Source of the DNA: Desulfobacterales bacterium
Lineage (GTDB): Bacteria; Desulfobacterota; Desulfobacteria; Desulfobacterales; UBA2245
Direction: 5' to 3'
DNA length: 64,000 nt
Assembly: GCA_040771865.1 (NCBI GenBank)
Contig: JAXGZF010000005.1
Span: 62,001 to 126,000, forward strand
Shown here: one piece after another, positions 63,514-64,000 of the stretch
Layout: every line of letters begins with the position of its first letter
Numbering within the stretch: position 1 is the first letter of the stretch
Made by a program: the position numbers and the translations under genes
The notes under the pieces: generated by a model
Database searches by the model: none
The model's input: only the letters and a program-made list of their open reading frames with translations
What the model was told of the DNA's origin: nothing

Positions 63514-63574
63514 GATCCGCTATCAGAAGAACTGGCTGGATTTTCGCTGGCGACTATATGGAGAGAATGGACCT

Positions 63575-64000
63575 ATGACAACAAAAGCTTTCGATGGCCC
63601 GGTGTGGGTGGTGGCGGAACGGGTCGACGGGCGGATTCAGAATGTCTCGCTGCAGCTTGTCGGAAAGGCAAGACAGCTTGCCGACGAACTGAATTCATGC
63701 GTTGAGGTTGTTCTTCTGGGGCACGGGATGAAGAATCGCATCGAGCCCCTGTTTGCCGCCGGAGCTGACAGGGTTTACCTGGGAGATGATCCGGTTCTGA
63801 ACTGGTATCAAGCTGACATTTACACGGAGATGATCGTTTCTCTTGCCCTGAAGATAAAGCCGGAGATTCTGCTCATCGGATCGACATGCACGGGCAGGGA
63901 GCTGGCGCCGCTGGTTGCGGCCCGGCTGGCGACGGGACTTACCGCCCACTGCATTGATCTGAAAATTAATGACCGGAACATTCTGGAGCAATGGGTTCCG
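63575..64000 (+). CDS. etfA: Electron transfer flavoprotein alpha subunit, truncated by the window edge
   Basis: MTTKAFDGPVWVVAE...GADRVY...GRELAPLVAARLATGLTAHC; frame open to the window end. Confidence 0.88.
   Translation, partial: MTTKAFDGPVWVVAERVDGRIQNVSLQLVGKARQLADELNSCVEVVLLGHGMKNRIEPLFAAGADRVYLGDDPVLNWYQADIYTEMIVSLALKIKPEILLIGSTCTGRELAPLVAARLATGLTAHCIDLKINDRNILEQWVP

Overview
Chromosomal, gene-dense window from what looks like an anaerobic deltaproteobacterium (Desulfobacterota-like; inferred from gene content and order, not from a marker gene). In order it holds: the end of a surface-polysaccharide locus; a housekeeping block (coaBC, family-4 UDG, xerC-hslVU-argBDFGH, a small unannotated lipoprotein, lysA-dapF-folK, transaldolase, pgsA, tRNA-Gly, tRNA-Cys); a MoxR-DUF58-transglutaminase triad; a ~15 kb cobamide salvage/remodelling region; a DEAD-box helicase; a large orphan class III nucleotide-cyclase-like protein; a Tat-signal redox cluster; thiL, acyl-CoA synthetase, aldolase and SOD; and a TetR-ACAD-EtfBA operon. 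The cobamide region contains cobU-cobS-cobD-cbiB-cbiR, two cobalamin riboswitches, cobT and btuB-exbBD-tonB. The best novelty candidate is a B12-riboswitch-controlled operon joining a Zn-dependent polyol-type dehydrogenase and a divergent TrpD-fold phosphoribosyltransferase to cobT, possibly an undescribed lower-ligand or linker pathway. The second is a ~230-nt structured, terminator-capped orphan RNA on the minus strand upstream of cobU. No CRISPR array, IS element or prophage was seen. All calls come from motif recognition by eye; no searches were run.
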